Assembly (NCBI RefSeq): GCF_011386835.1
Contig: NC_088794.1
Coordinates: forward strand, 23,622,001-23,686,000
From: Chrysemys picta bellii
Taxonomy: Eukaryota
DNA length: 64,000 bases
Direction: 5' to 3'
Part shown: positions 24,154 through 36,999 of the stretch, piece by piece
How positions within the stretch are numbered: position 1 is the first letter of the stretch
Layout of the letters: every line of letters starts with the position of its first letter
The notes under the pieces: generated by a model
Told to the model about the DNA's origin: nothing
What the model saw: the letters and a program-made list of their open reading frames with translations, nothing else
The model's database searches: none
Made by a program: the position numbers and the translations under genes

Positions 24154-26104
24154 GCCCCTATGCGCACACCCACAGGTCATATAACCCCGGGTATATGCAG
24201 AAATGCAGACAATCAACACATACACACAGTGCTAGGTGTGGACACCTTTGCCCGGAGTAACACCCATAGACCCGCTCACACAAGCACAGATGCAGGTGTA
24301 TACACACAAAGTACACCCACATGATCACAAGTACAAGTGCATCCAGGAACAGCCACATCTGCCGGCTCTGAAGCACACACGCACTCACGTAAGACTGCCG
24401 ACCTGCCAAAACATTCTGCTTTTCAAGTTAAAATCCTAAAGAGCAGCGATTCCCGGTTGAATCCCTAGACGGACTCTTCTGCATACTAAAAGCACAGCCA
24501 GTTCTCAGAACCACAGCATTACAGAGACATTGGATTAACGCAGTTCCTATTTATAGGGCTTTGATTAGAAGCTCGTCACCTAGAAGTTTTTATTCCCGTT
24601 ATCCATTTATAAGGCCGTAACACAGTTTGACTTGCGCTAGATGGACTGGTGTCCCACAGATCTTGCCAGAATTTAATGTGCCATTCAGATACAGTTAAAT
24701 TAGTAATAGGCAGCAGTCGGTGCACGGCAGGACTCTAACTGCCTCCGAAAACACTCTTTAGTTCTCGTCTCTCCATGGATTATTATGCAGCAGCAGATAG
24801 TCAAAGAAACGCAGAACAGGGATAGGCCAAGCCGAGCTCTCCCCACTGCCAGTCCTACATCATTTCCTGTAGCATACTCCTGCTAAGAGAGGTTAGCACC
24901 GAGCGAGCACCCCGCAGACAGTATTGCAGCACCGCTGCCCACAGCGCCTCCTGCTGGGAGATGCTGGGACTTCCCATGCCTGGGCAGCTCTTTCCACCGT
25001 TTCCTATGGCGCCTTCTGTCGGGAGAGGCTGGGTGCGGAGTAGCTGTGAGATAGCCCTCAGCCAGTGAATTTGCACCCCTGTTACAGGAGTGCTCGGTAT
25101 TCACATGTATGTCAATAGTTAGTTAGTGGATAAGGCGCCATATCAGCTCTTAACAACATCGCCTCCTACTGACAGAGGCTGGGACTGGAGTAGTTCTCTG
25201 TTCTCCCCTTCCCCACCCCCTCTCACTGCTCCTGCAGGTTTCCCTATGGAGCTTGCTTCTGGGAGAGGCGAAGACCTAATCTCCACCCCCACAGCTAGGG
25301 CTCCTGTCCCACTCCTTTCAGAGTCTCCTGATGGGGGAGGCTAGCACTGGTGTGGCTCAGCGCTCCCCCTCCACATCCAGGACTCCCGCTTTATTCTCCA
25401 CAGCAGCCTCTCTTGGGGGAGGCTGGAGCCGCAGCAGCTGCAAGCTCCCAGAATGCAGCCGGCGCTCTCCCCCTACTCCCACTGGCAATAATCCTTTCTA
25501 AGCATCCGGCGGCACCCGTCAGCAGAATGCTTTCCGATTCCTGACAAATCCTTGCAAAGAGTTTTGCTGAGCACAGACTTTCAGGCTGTCCAAAGTCTAT
25601 AGACAAGTTAAAGCACCTGCCCACAGGGATAATTCCACTGAACTGGGAGAACCAAGCAACGGTGCCAACTTTATTTTCCGTTAAAACCTGGTAGTGTTTG
25701 GAAAAAGTCTTCTCTCCTGGAAAGTGCCCCGCTCAGTGACTGATCTGGAAAGGCCGGGAGCATTGGAATACGCTCACTGGCTGGGCCACAGCAAAGCCCC
25801 AACTTATTCCAAGTCTCCTTACACACAGCGAATGCGTTTCCTAGCCACTTAGAAAGAACTGCAGCCAGCAGACACTACGGTCCAGAAACTGCTGTGGACT
25901 GACTCACAGATTCCAAGACCAGAAGGGACCATCCTTCCCTGGAACTCCTACATAGCAAAGGCCATAGAGCTGTCCCCCAAAAAGTTCAAACACCAGATCT
26001 TTTAGAAAAACATCCCGTCTTGATTCTAAAGTTGACAGTAATGGAGAACAAAATCTAGATCTCTTGCTGGGGCCCAAAGGATGGACCATGCTCCCCCCGG
26101 TAGC

Positions 26105-26225
26105 GATGTAAGCTCTTTGGGGCAGGGACTGTCTTTTCATTCTGTGATTGTACCGTGTCTAGCACAATAGGGTTCTGCTCCATGACTGGGGCTCATAGGT
26201 GCTACCCCAGTACAAACCATATTAA
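26105..26225 (+). mobile_element. L2-tail/MIR-like 3' end
   Basis: gtaagctctttggggcagggactgtc..ttgtaccgtgtctagcacaatagg. Confidence 0.6.
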
Positions 26226-26282
26226 CAACAGGAGTCACTGACTCTGTAGGGCATATTCTGGCTTGATTTACCCCTTGAATAA

Positions 26283-26406
26283 ATCCGAAGAAGTGAGGTT
26301 TTTACTCACGAAAGCTTATGCCCAAATAAATCTGTTAGTCTTTAAGGTGCCACCAGACTCCTTGTTGTTTTTGTAGATACAGACTAACACGGCTACCCCC
26401 TGATAC
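26283..26406 (+). mobile_element. Penelope-like terminal fragment with hammerhead-like motif
   Basis: atccgaagaagtgaggtttttactcacgaaagcttatgc..gttagtctttaaggtgccac..agactaacacggctaccccctgatac. Homologous to the 15786-15992 insertion. Confidence 0.85.
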
Positions 26407-27413
26407 CCAACTAGCATGGGAAAAGTCAGCAAATAATTTGGCCCTGTGTCTTGAGATAAAATGTGTTGTGTGCATGCCATCACCAACTTGAAAACAGCTG
26501 GGGCATCTCTGTTGGCAACTGAGCACCAGTAATCAGCCTGGAAACAAGACATACATCTTTAACTGAGACAGTCATGCTCTCTACCCTTGTTTTCTTTCAA
26601 TTTCAGCCATGGGGGCTCCTCTCTTGAAAGGGGGAGCTGGTAATACCACAGCAGAGGTGGCATCATTCTGCCAATGCCACGAGGAGGGAGAGAGGGGAAT
26701 GCACTTGTGTTGTCATGGCAAGTTCAAGATGGGGCCTAGCATTCTGACCAGCCTGGGCCACAGGGAGCTTGTTTCAGCACAAAAGGGAAAGGGGGGGGGA
26801 AGGTTTCCCCACTGCAACAGCTGGGGCGATGACCTTGCATTCCTGCATTGTCGTGGCTGTATGTCTCAGGACGCTGCCACAAGTCTGCAGCCCCGTGGAC
26901 ACGCAGGAAGTGAGGGCTCCACCACAGTGAATATGAAGGCGTGATCCAATGAGGCTGCTGGGCACTGACAATCCCTGTGGTTCTCTCTGGCTCGCCAACT
27001 CCCAGACTAAGGCAGCCTCTGCTACTTCAGACTCCAACACCAGGTCTCCTCTGAGTCCTGGCCTGGATCACACAGTACCCGATGGGGATAAATTACAAAG
27101 GACTGCATTGCTCTTGCAGACAATTTCTCCCTGAGCCCCTAATGTTCCTCCTCAGCATCCTATCCCCCCATCTCACTGGCCTCCAGGAGCAACAGGCAGC
27201 ACAGCTCACACAAACAGAGTCTTAATCAAGGCTTTGAAATTTATGTCGTGCCTGGTTCATTGTTGGTCCAGAATCATTTTTTTTTTAAATCCCCCAGCTG
27301 TAGTCACTGGTTGCCAGCCTGCAAAGGGATGATTTATACTTCAGGGAATGAATCAATACAATATGTGGCCAAAGACCTCTTTAATCTCGCAGAAGGATTA
27401 GGCTGCAGAGGGG

Positions 27414-27553
27414 GACGTCAGTAGCAGCCCACAGCCGTTCCGTTCAGATTTCAATTTGGAGATCGGCGCCTCTCTCCCTTCTTTTCTTGCACTGCAGCTA
27501 AAGACGTTGGAAACATCAAACCTCATTTAGCAGACGGGCGCTGCTGTGATTGG
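27414..27553 (-). promoter_or_regulatory. CCAAT box + CRE-like motif in repeat-free intronic DNA
   Basis: Minus strand AGCCAATCA (CCAAT at 27553-27549) and TGACGTC (27420-27414). Motif evidence only. Confidence 0.25.
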
Positions 27554-29401
27554 CTGGCTACCTGTTCCATGCTAGCGACGGGGAAGGGCACCCGGGTACT
27601 GGGGGCTGCCTGGGGAGAGACCCCGTTGGAAGGAGAGTTCAGAGTTAACAGGGGAGATGCAATGCTCCACGGATGGGGGGAGATGCAGCCCCACACTCTG
27701 GGTCTGTTCGTCAGCTGTGACGGTGCAAGGGGGCCACAAGGCAGCCAGGCAACACTCCCCATGGGGAATATTCCCACTGGCACATGCCCCTTAGGAACCA
27801 CCCTGGAGCCGGAGGGGCATCAGGGCAGGAGAGGGAGGGGCGGCTACTCCTAGTCACTCCAATAGTGGCTAAGCAGCTGCAGACAAGTTAAGTCTGCCCC
27901 CAATACTACTCTCACCTGTGCCAGGGGCTGCACCAGGGGAGGGGCATTGCCACCCCAGTGGTCTCTGCACATGCCCAGGGATGAGTTGGGGCCTATACAT
28001 GTGCCTGGAGAAGAGATGCCCACAGCAGAAGCAAACAAATAAGGATTGAATGTCCCATCACCCCACAAGGCTGCAGAGCCTCCGAGCCAGGATCAGGGCC
28101 CCTGAGTAGTGGGGGCAAGGACCAGGAACAACTGAACAGGAGACTGAAATCCCCCTCTCTTCCCAGGAGAGTGGTTCCTCTCTCTGAGCCAGGGGACCTT
28201 TTGGTGCTGGAGCTAGGGTCTATCTCCATCCTCGGAAAGGGTGACCCCTCCATTAGGGTGAAAGCCCTTGGAGGGGGAGAAGAGGAGTAAAGGAGGGGGC
28301 TGTCTTTCCTCTTCATCCCCACCCCGCATTGCTTCTTCCTCCCTGGACTGCTACGCCTCCCTTCATCTCACAGGGGGAGAACGCACACGTTAGGCTATTT
28401 GGGGATTTAGCACAGGGAAAGGGGAAGAGGTGGAAACAGGGATAAATCCAGAGACCCTTGTTCAGGCGAAACTCCAATGGGCCCAATCCTAAACAAGCAA
28501 AGACATCAGGATCCATCCCATTCCACATACATTTCCTCTCTCCATCGACACAGTGTTCTAGTCGCTTTTCACACTGATTGTTCCCTTCGGCCTGACTCTT
28601 CACATGCCCCGTGCCAAACACTAGCATCTCTCGATTGCACCTGGGTCATGCACCGGACCCTAAGACCCCCTAGGGTGGATCACGACTGAGGCTGAATTGT
28701 ATTAGCCTAACCACGTGGACCGAGCTTGATATCACATTAGCACACAAGTCCCCCACAGGCTGCCCCCCTAGTTCAAAAGCAGCCTAACCCCCACTGCCAC
28801 AGATGGACCTCGGGAAGCTACAACATTTTCCCGACAGGCCGCAGCAGTGGCTGTTTCCCAGATGCTAACAGGCACTTCCCAATTCCGCCATGCTGGTAAC
28901 ACAGCAGAGGTCTGGGTGCGGGCTAATGCAGCACCCTCCAATGGGCAGCTGTTACCACAGCCGATCGAGTCACAGCTGCCTCACACAGTTTGCACTTGAG
29001 GACAAGTGCCCCTAGGATGTTCCTTAACACACAAGTTGCTTCATAAAAAACAGCCCTTTCCCCTCCAGTCATCACCACTTTCTTTGCTAGCTAGTCAGAG
29101 AAGGGCCATTCCTCACCTGCTTGATGTATTCAGCCATATGGATGGATCAGTGATGGAGAGATATTAGAGGTGGGCCTAGAACCCTTGTCCTTCAGCTTCT
29201 AAACTGAAGATGTTGCCATCCAAGCTTAAAGACTAGCCTCACTAACTCAACCCCAGCTATATCCAGATACTTTCTATCCCCCACTTCCTTGCAGTTCCCG
29301 ATACCATGATCCATAATGCAGCTCACCCCCAAGAGATCCAGCTGTATTTTGCTCCCAGACCCCATTTCAACCCCATGGCCCATATCTCGGCAGGAAGTTC
29401 A

Positions 29402-29821
<420 letters not shown>

Positions 29822-30331
29822 TCACATTCACAATCGTTGTCTACCCTTGTGTTTTAAAACCCACGAGTCCTATTTTTTTTAAACCTGTTTTTCTCGCTAT
29901 TGGAATAAGCACACCATCGGTCACCACTAGAGATAGAAGCCAGGACTTAGATTCCCAACAATACTGCACCTTCCTGGGCACTAAGAGATGTTCACCAAGC
30001 CTTGGCCTTCAAATAAGGGGGCTGGGAAGGAAGAAAACTAAGGCTTTTGCTTGCATGCTACCAGGGGATATGCCAGTGTTCCCTCCAGCAGCAGTTCTTC
30101 AGGAATCTGATCTGGGCTTCTCTCAGTCACAGCACCGTGAGGGCTCTTGGATGCAAGCAACTCAATGCCAGCAGAACACTGAAAGTTTTTCCCAGCTCTC
30201 TACCAGCACCTGAGCAATAAGGGTGGTGAAGCTCGGGAGTGGACAAGTGTTTTGTAGATGCAGCTAGGTGCCATAAGATCATAAGAGTGTTCTTGTACAA
30301 AAACTTTCCATCCACATCTGAAAGCACTTAT

Positions 30332-32372
30332 TCATAGATTCATAGATTCTAGGACTGGAAGGGACCTCGAGAGGTCATCGAGTCCAGTCCCCTGCCTGCA
30401 TGGCAGGACCAAATACTGTCTAGACCATCCCTGATAGACATTTTTCTAACCTACTCTTAAATATCTCCAGAGATGACAATTCCACAACCTCCCTAGGCAA
30501 TTTATTCCAGTGTTTAACCACCCTGACAGTTAGGATCTTTTCCCTAATGTCCAACCTAGACCTCCCTTGCTGCAGTTTAAGCCCATTGCTTCTTGTTCTA
30601 TCCTTAGAGGCTAAGGAGAACAAGTTTTCTCCCTCCTTCTTATGACACCCTTTTAGATACCTGAAAACTGCTATCATGTCCCCTCTCAGTCTTCTCTTTT
30701 CCAAACTAAACAAATCCAATTCTTTCAGCCTTCCTTCATAGGTCATGTTCTCAAGACCTTTAATCATTCTTGTTGCTCTTCTCTGGACCCTCTCCAATTT
30801 CTCCACATCTTTCTTGAAATGCGGTGCCCAGAACTGGACACAATACTCCAGCTGAGGCCTAACCAGCGCAGAGTAGCATGGAAGAATGACTTCTCGTGTC
30901 TTGCTCACAACACACCTGTTAATACATCCCAGAATCATGTTTGTTTGTTTTTGCAACAGCATCACACTGTTGACTCATATTTAGCTTGTGGTCCACTATA
31001 ACCCCTAGATCCCTTTCTGCCGTACTCCTTCCTAGACAGTCTCTTCCAATTCTGTATGTGTGAAACTGATTTTTTCTTCCTAAGTGGAGTACTTTGCATT
31101 TGTCTTTGTTAAACTTCATCCTGTTTAACTCAGACCATTTCTCCAATTTGTCCAGATCATTTTGAATTATGACCCTGTCCTCCAAAGCAGTTGCAATCCC
31201 TCCCAGTTTGGTATCATCTGCAAACTTAATAAGTGTACTTTCTATGCCAATATCTAAGTCGTTAATGAAGATATTGAACAGAGCCGGTCCCAAAACAGAC
31301 CCCTGTGGAACCCCGCTCGTTATGCCTTTCCAGCAGGATTAGGAACCATTAATAACAACTCTCTGAGTATGGTTATCCAGCCAGTTATGCACCCACCTTA
31401 TAGTAGCCCCATCTAAATTGTATTTGCCTAGTTTATCGATAAGAATATCATGCGAGACCATATCAAATGCCTTACTAAAGTCTAGGTATACCACATCCAC
31501 AGCTTCTCCCTTATCCACAAGACTCGTTATCCTATCGAAGAAAGCTATCAGATTGGTTTGACACGATTTGTTCTTTACAAATCCATGCTGGCTATTCCCT
31601 ATCACCTTACCACCTTCCAAGTGTTTGCAGATGATTTCTTTAATTACTTGCTCCATTATCTTCCCTGGCACAGAAGTTAAACTAACTGGTCTGTAGTTTC
31701 CTGGGTTGTTTTTATTTCCCTTTTTATAGATGGGCACTATATTTGCCCTTTTCCAGTCTTCTGGAATCTCTCCCATCTCCCATGATTTTCCAAAGATAAT
31801 AGCTAGAGGCTCAGATACCTCCTCTATTAGCTCCTTGAATATTCTAGGATGCATTTCATCAGGCCCTGGTGACTTGCAGGCATCTAACTTTTCTAAGTAA
31901 TTTTTAACTTGTTCTTTTTTTATTTTATCTTTTAAACCTACCCCCTTCCCATTAGCATTCACTATGTCAGGCATTCCTTCAGACTTCTCGGTGAAGACCC
32001 AAACAAAGAAGTCATTAAGCATTTCTGCCATTTCCAAGTTTCCTGTTACTGTTTCTCCCTCTTCACTGAGCAGTGGGTCTACCCTGTCTTTGGTCTTCCT
32101 CTTGCTTCTAATGTATTGATAAAACGTCTTCTTGTTTCCCTTTATTCCTGTAGCTAGTTTGAGCTCATTTTGTACCTTTGCCTTTCTAATCTTGCCCCTG
32201 CATTCCTGTGTTGTTTGCCTATATTCATCCTTTGTAATCAGTCCTAGTTTCCATTTTTTATATGACTCCTTTTTATTTTTTAGATCATGCAAGATCTCGT
32301 GGTTAAGCCAAGGTGGTCTTTTGCCACATTTTCTATCTTTCCTAACCAGCGGAATAGCTTGCTTTTGGGCCT
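30332..32372 (-). mobile_element. Young CR1 LINE, 5'-truncated (~2.0 kb)
   Basis: catagattcatagatt octamer tail. Near-continuous ORF2 reading frame. Confidence 0.97.
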
Positions 32373-32376
32373 TCAT
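30420..32376 (-). pseudogene. CR1 ORF2 reverse transcriptase domain fragment (disrupted)
   Basis: ORFs 31339-32376, 30919-31293 and 30420-30965 carry [33 protein letters not shown] and KFADD motifs. One in-frame TAA at 31339-31341 and one frameshift near 30950. No 5' end. Confidence 0.93.
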
Positions 32377-34054
32377 AAAGGCAGGCCTGTATCATTGCCC
32401 CTGTTTTACAGGTGGGGAAACTGTTGCTGCTTTGTATTTTCTCCCATAAAAGTTCTTGGCTTTGCAATAGAGCCAAGCAGATAGGGGAGACTCCAGAGCC
32501 TCCCCAAGAAGAAAAGAAACCAACCCTCTTCTCCTGAAAAATACAAGAGGAAAGAAGAGAACACAACAAATCTAGATCAATTCTAAACCCTTCTCCCAGG
32601 CCCTGCCGCAAAAGAGAGGAACTAAAGGGCTTGTGTCAACTGGATTCAATGCTACCTAAACAGCTGGCAAAAAGGTTCTGTGATGCTTTAATTTCTCCCT
32701 CTTTTTATCTCCTCTTTTCCCCCCCCCACCACCAGCCTCTCCTCCGCCCACGCTTTGAGCCTAATTATGTCGATCTTCAAAGGGGACAGCCCTAAATTCC
32801 CAGAAGAGGGGGGAGAGACCACAGAGCAACTGAGCTATCAACAAGTCTCTTTGATTGCCTTTGGAGTAGCATGTGCCTGGCTGGCTGGCAGACAGAGAGA
32901 GGTTAACACCTCCTGCAACCCCCACCCTACCGCTTTCTGTGTATAGTATGCTCTGCATTGGCCTATCAGGCCACTTTGATCTCCTCTGTGTGCTCTCTGC
33001 ATGCATGACAGCGTAAGCATTCTTCACCAGTCAAGCTTAGGACCGTTTCTCATCTGACAAAGCTTGGAAGCAAAAGTGCAACCCCAGAGAGCAGAGGCCC
33101 GGCCTTAGTACAGTCTATATCACCACCACCAGCCCGCGGTGGCAGGAAAAGCCCCCAAAAGGCTCCTATTGCCGAGATGACCTTGCCTACGCTCAGAGAA
33201 GGGGAGGAGCCCAAAGGGGACTGGGGTGGACTGATAAACTTGGGGCAATTCAAGGGGGACACGGATGGGAGATGGTTCCTCCATTTGGCCTCTGGGAAAG
33301 AACTCCACCACAAGAACAGCAGCAGCTCCCCATCAGGAACCACAAAGATTAACTAAATATGAGGGGGAACAACCAAGAAAAGGGCCAGGGGACGGGAGTG
33401 GAGGCAGCCTATTTGAATTCTGGGGAAGATGGGCGGAGTCCACCAGAACAAAAGGCCCACCCCCCTTAGTCAAAGGAGGAGCCACAGAGCCCAGAAATCA
33501 ATTGATTACTTGGGCTAACCAATGGAAAAGACAGGGATGGGGTGAAGATCAGAGATACCAAATAAGGCAACCAGGAGGAGCGGCCAAACAGAGAATCCCA
33601 GACAATGCCAAGAGGAACTCCACCTGCCAACCATGACAGCAAGGCCCCATAGCCTTAGAGAGCCTCTCCAGGATTTAGTTTTGGCACAGTCCACCATCCA
33701 AGCAAGCCTGGGAGAGGGAAAAGGCCCTGACTTCACCCTCTGCTGGGTGTGGGTTCTGAAATTCTCCCCAAACAAAGCAATAAATATGCCTTTTAAATTA
33801 ATCAGAGCTGCCTTGCATTGAATGGTGCATTAGAATGATTTATGATCTTGAGCTGCTTAGCACTTATATAGCACTTCAAAACGCTCTGTAGACATTAATT
33901 AATCTTAGAGATAGAAAAGGCCTATTAAATCAAGTCCATTCTCCCCTCACCAACCCGCTGTTCCCGTATAGAAGATGTATCCAATGTTAAATTGGTAGTG
34001 CGCTTTCTCAGCTACAGTTTTGTTGGCTTCAGGCTTATGTTGCTACCACACCCG

Positions 34055-34520
34055 GTTTCCTAAAGCGCTTTGCAAACAATGCGTACAGGAATCAATCCCT
34101 CCACCACTTAAATACAGCCACCTCTGGGGTGGAATTCAACAGCTGTCTAACAGCACACAATAATACAGTGCAGCACTTGAGGGCAGGAAGTGAAGAAGAA
34201 CAGTGGAGCCCAATTAAAACTTAAGGGGATTTATTTATTTATTTTTTAAAAAGACCAGGGGGAATGTAGTTACCTGAATTGGAGTGCTGCCAGGATACGA
34301 GGGTATCACTCCTATTGTAGCCAAAAAAAATTGAATTGCTCGGGACTCTTTAGTGAAAAGGATCAGGAGCTGGGTTTTGCGTCTCATCTGAAAGATGGTC
34401 TGGCAGAACAGTGCCCTCTAACACCACGCTAGAGCAGTGGTTCGGAACGGATTGAGAGCAGGGGTAGCAAGGGAATATTACCTAAACCCATCTTTCCCTT
34501 CTGGAAACCAGGAGTCAAAT
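34055..34520 (-). mobile_element. AmnSINE-like (Deu-domain) SINE
   Basis: cagccacctctggggtggaa..cagctgtctaacagcacac..caggaagtgaagaagaa and ttttgcgtctcatctgaaaga..cagtgccctctaacacca match the AmnSINE body as I recall it, in reverse orientation. Confidence 0.7.
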
Positions 34521-35924
34521 CTGACTTGGGTTACCAAAACCATCAGTTTAGGAGCTACAACCTAAACGTTTGTCCTATTTTGTCCCCCACTCCATATAGT
34601 TCAAAAACAAGGACTAGCCCCACAATACTGCTAGAGGTTATAGCAATGCTGCAATCAGCACAGGCTTCTTGGATATATGCTGAATGCAGGCAAACTGTGC
34701 TCAATCTGAAGGAGGCATAACACCTGTATCAAGCAATCAGGTAGCCCACAGCCTAAAAGCAGAGGCAGAGGGAGGGATAGGTCAGTCTGACCTGAGCCTG
34801 GGGAGCAGATTTGATGCCCAGAAGCTGCGTGCTAGGCTGTTCATAATGAAAGCTATAAGATCAAGCAATTGTAGTGTTGGCCCTAAGCTTGATTATACCC
34901 CTCCCTCTAATTATTGGTACACATGAATCTGTTTGCTCCTGCATAACTAGTGGTATAACCCAATGCTCTTTAGGGGGATCATCCACAAGCCGCCCTTGCC
35001 CATGTGTTTCAAAACCAGGAATCTATAGGCCCCCTTCCTGATGAGGCAATTACTAGGAGGTAGCCTGGCAGAGCTGTCAGGAAGACTTGTGCTAAGTGGG
35101 GCACCCAAACGCCCTGGCACCAAGAAGCATATTGGTACATGGCCTGGAGCTCAAGGGCAGCATGGACTTGCACAGAAGCAGGCACTCTTCCCCCCCAGAA
35201 ATCAACGCACACAAGCCTCATATTTTCTTGTGTTTATGTTGTCCTTGATAGACGAATAGAAATTACTTGTTGGCTGAGTCACCAGCAAATGAAAACAAAG
35301 ACCCAAGGCATTCACAGAGCCATTAGAGGGGAACAGCAGACACGGGCTGTGATCTGTTAGAAGAACAGAGCAAGGACTGCAGGCTTTGGCTCAGGCAAAA
35401 GCTTCCCACTGAAGTCCTCCGGCAATGCACCCCCAGGACTGACACGGTAGGGTGTCTGCATCCCAGCGCTAAGGGGTTAAAAGCCCAGCTGAGGGTCTCA
35501 CTCCAGTGAACAGAGGGGAATGGCCGTCAGACGCTATCCTGTAAAGGAACACCCCGGCATCCTGCATTCTTGCCTTTGACCTGAAGGGGGCAGCATGCAA
35601 AGAAAGCTCTCATGTAAAGAACCCCAGATGGCAAATCCCCATTTCTACCAAATCCCATAGTGAGTGCTCCCCTGACACACAGCATTCCCTGTGGACAGAG
35701 CCCTCTTTTCTCCTCTTCCTCCTCCTCGCTTTCTCGCTCTGGTTGGCTCTTTTCCCCTCACTGCATCTCTCAGATTCTCTTATTTATTTATTTATTTGCT
35801 TTTCTCTTTCACTCTAGTCCCTCTCTCTCTATTAAATGTAATGCCAGTGTTGTAAACCCACGACTCCACCAGAATGTTAAAAGGCCCTTGTAAAGTGGTG
35901 GCTTCTGTTTTAACTACCTGCAAA

Positions 35925-36630
35925 AAGACAGAGAGAGAGAGAGAGAGATTGCAGAGAGGAGGGGGACAGAATCTTTATCAGGGCACAAATAGGATTATTC
36001 TGTGTGACAATCGGCTTTGTGCTCCATTCCAAGAGGCTGTGATCTGCTTATTGGATATCTGTGACCAGGAGAGAGAGTGTGTGTCTGTGTGAGACACGTC
36101 ATTAAAATTCTGCTCAGCCAATGAAGCGCTCATCTTGTAACTGGTTTTTGGTGTGTGTGTGTGTGGGGGGGGGGTTGTTGCCCGTCTCCATTTCTTCTTC
36201 CTTCCTTTCTCGTGGAGACAGAGAGGGTAGAAGTTGGGCAGTCAAAAATCACACACACACACACACACACACACACTTGAGGCATTGCATGATTTGCAAG
36301 AAGGTGGGGGGGAAGGGGTGAGAGAGAGACAGAGAAGCAGTGCTGGAGTAGGTCTGTGTATTTGTGTCCAGGTGTACATGTGTGAATGCCTCCGCATGGG
36401 TGTGAGTTTGCATCTGTGCAGCAATGAACAAGGAAGGAATGGCTGTGAAGCTGATTTTGGGCACGTGGGCATTGGAGTGTGTGCAGTGGTGAGTGCTTGT
36501 GAGTGTGAGTTTACACATGGGTTAGCATGCCTATGTGTGTTTGTGAGAACACCTGCCTGTGTGAGTTTGGGTGAGTGTGTGCATCTGGATTAGAATGTGC
36601 CACGGATGAGTGTGTCAGAGTGCGTGAGAG
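35925..36630. repeat. Cluster of (GA)n, (GT)n, (AC)n microsatellites and a degenerate GT-rich tract
   Basis: (GA)n near 35928-35948, (GT)n near 36150-36164, (AC)n near 36250-36277, and GT-rich degenerate sequence 36340-36630. Confidence 0.9.
36095..36124. promoter_or_regulatory. NF-Y CCAAT box + CRE/ATF-like motif, candidate internal promoter
   Basis: AGCCAATGA at 36116-36124, and TGACGTG on the minus strand at 36101-36095. Motif evidence only. Confidence 0.3.
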
Positions 36631-36999
36631 CGGTAGGGCTGTTCCAATGGAGAGGTGGGGTTGGTAACGTCAAAGTCCCTGCTGTCAGGTCACCCCCTAG
36701 AGCAGGGGAATCATGGAAAGACACTGCAAAATCCAATCCGCTGCCCATCTTTCTTCCAAGCACCAATTCACCAGGCCCACAGCTGCTTAATGGAGTGCAA
36801 CTCCCACCCTCTGAAGCTGCTCATAGGGTCTCAGGGGAGCTGGGAAGCCATGTTGAACTCTTCCTTTGTAAAAGGGCCTCTTTTTAACATCCCCTGACAC
36901 TAGAGAGATTTATGGTTAGGGAGGCAGGCACAAAACAAAAAAGGAGCTATGTGCTGGTACCCAGGACTACAGCTGTGCAAACAGATTAGTGGTTGGCAG

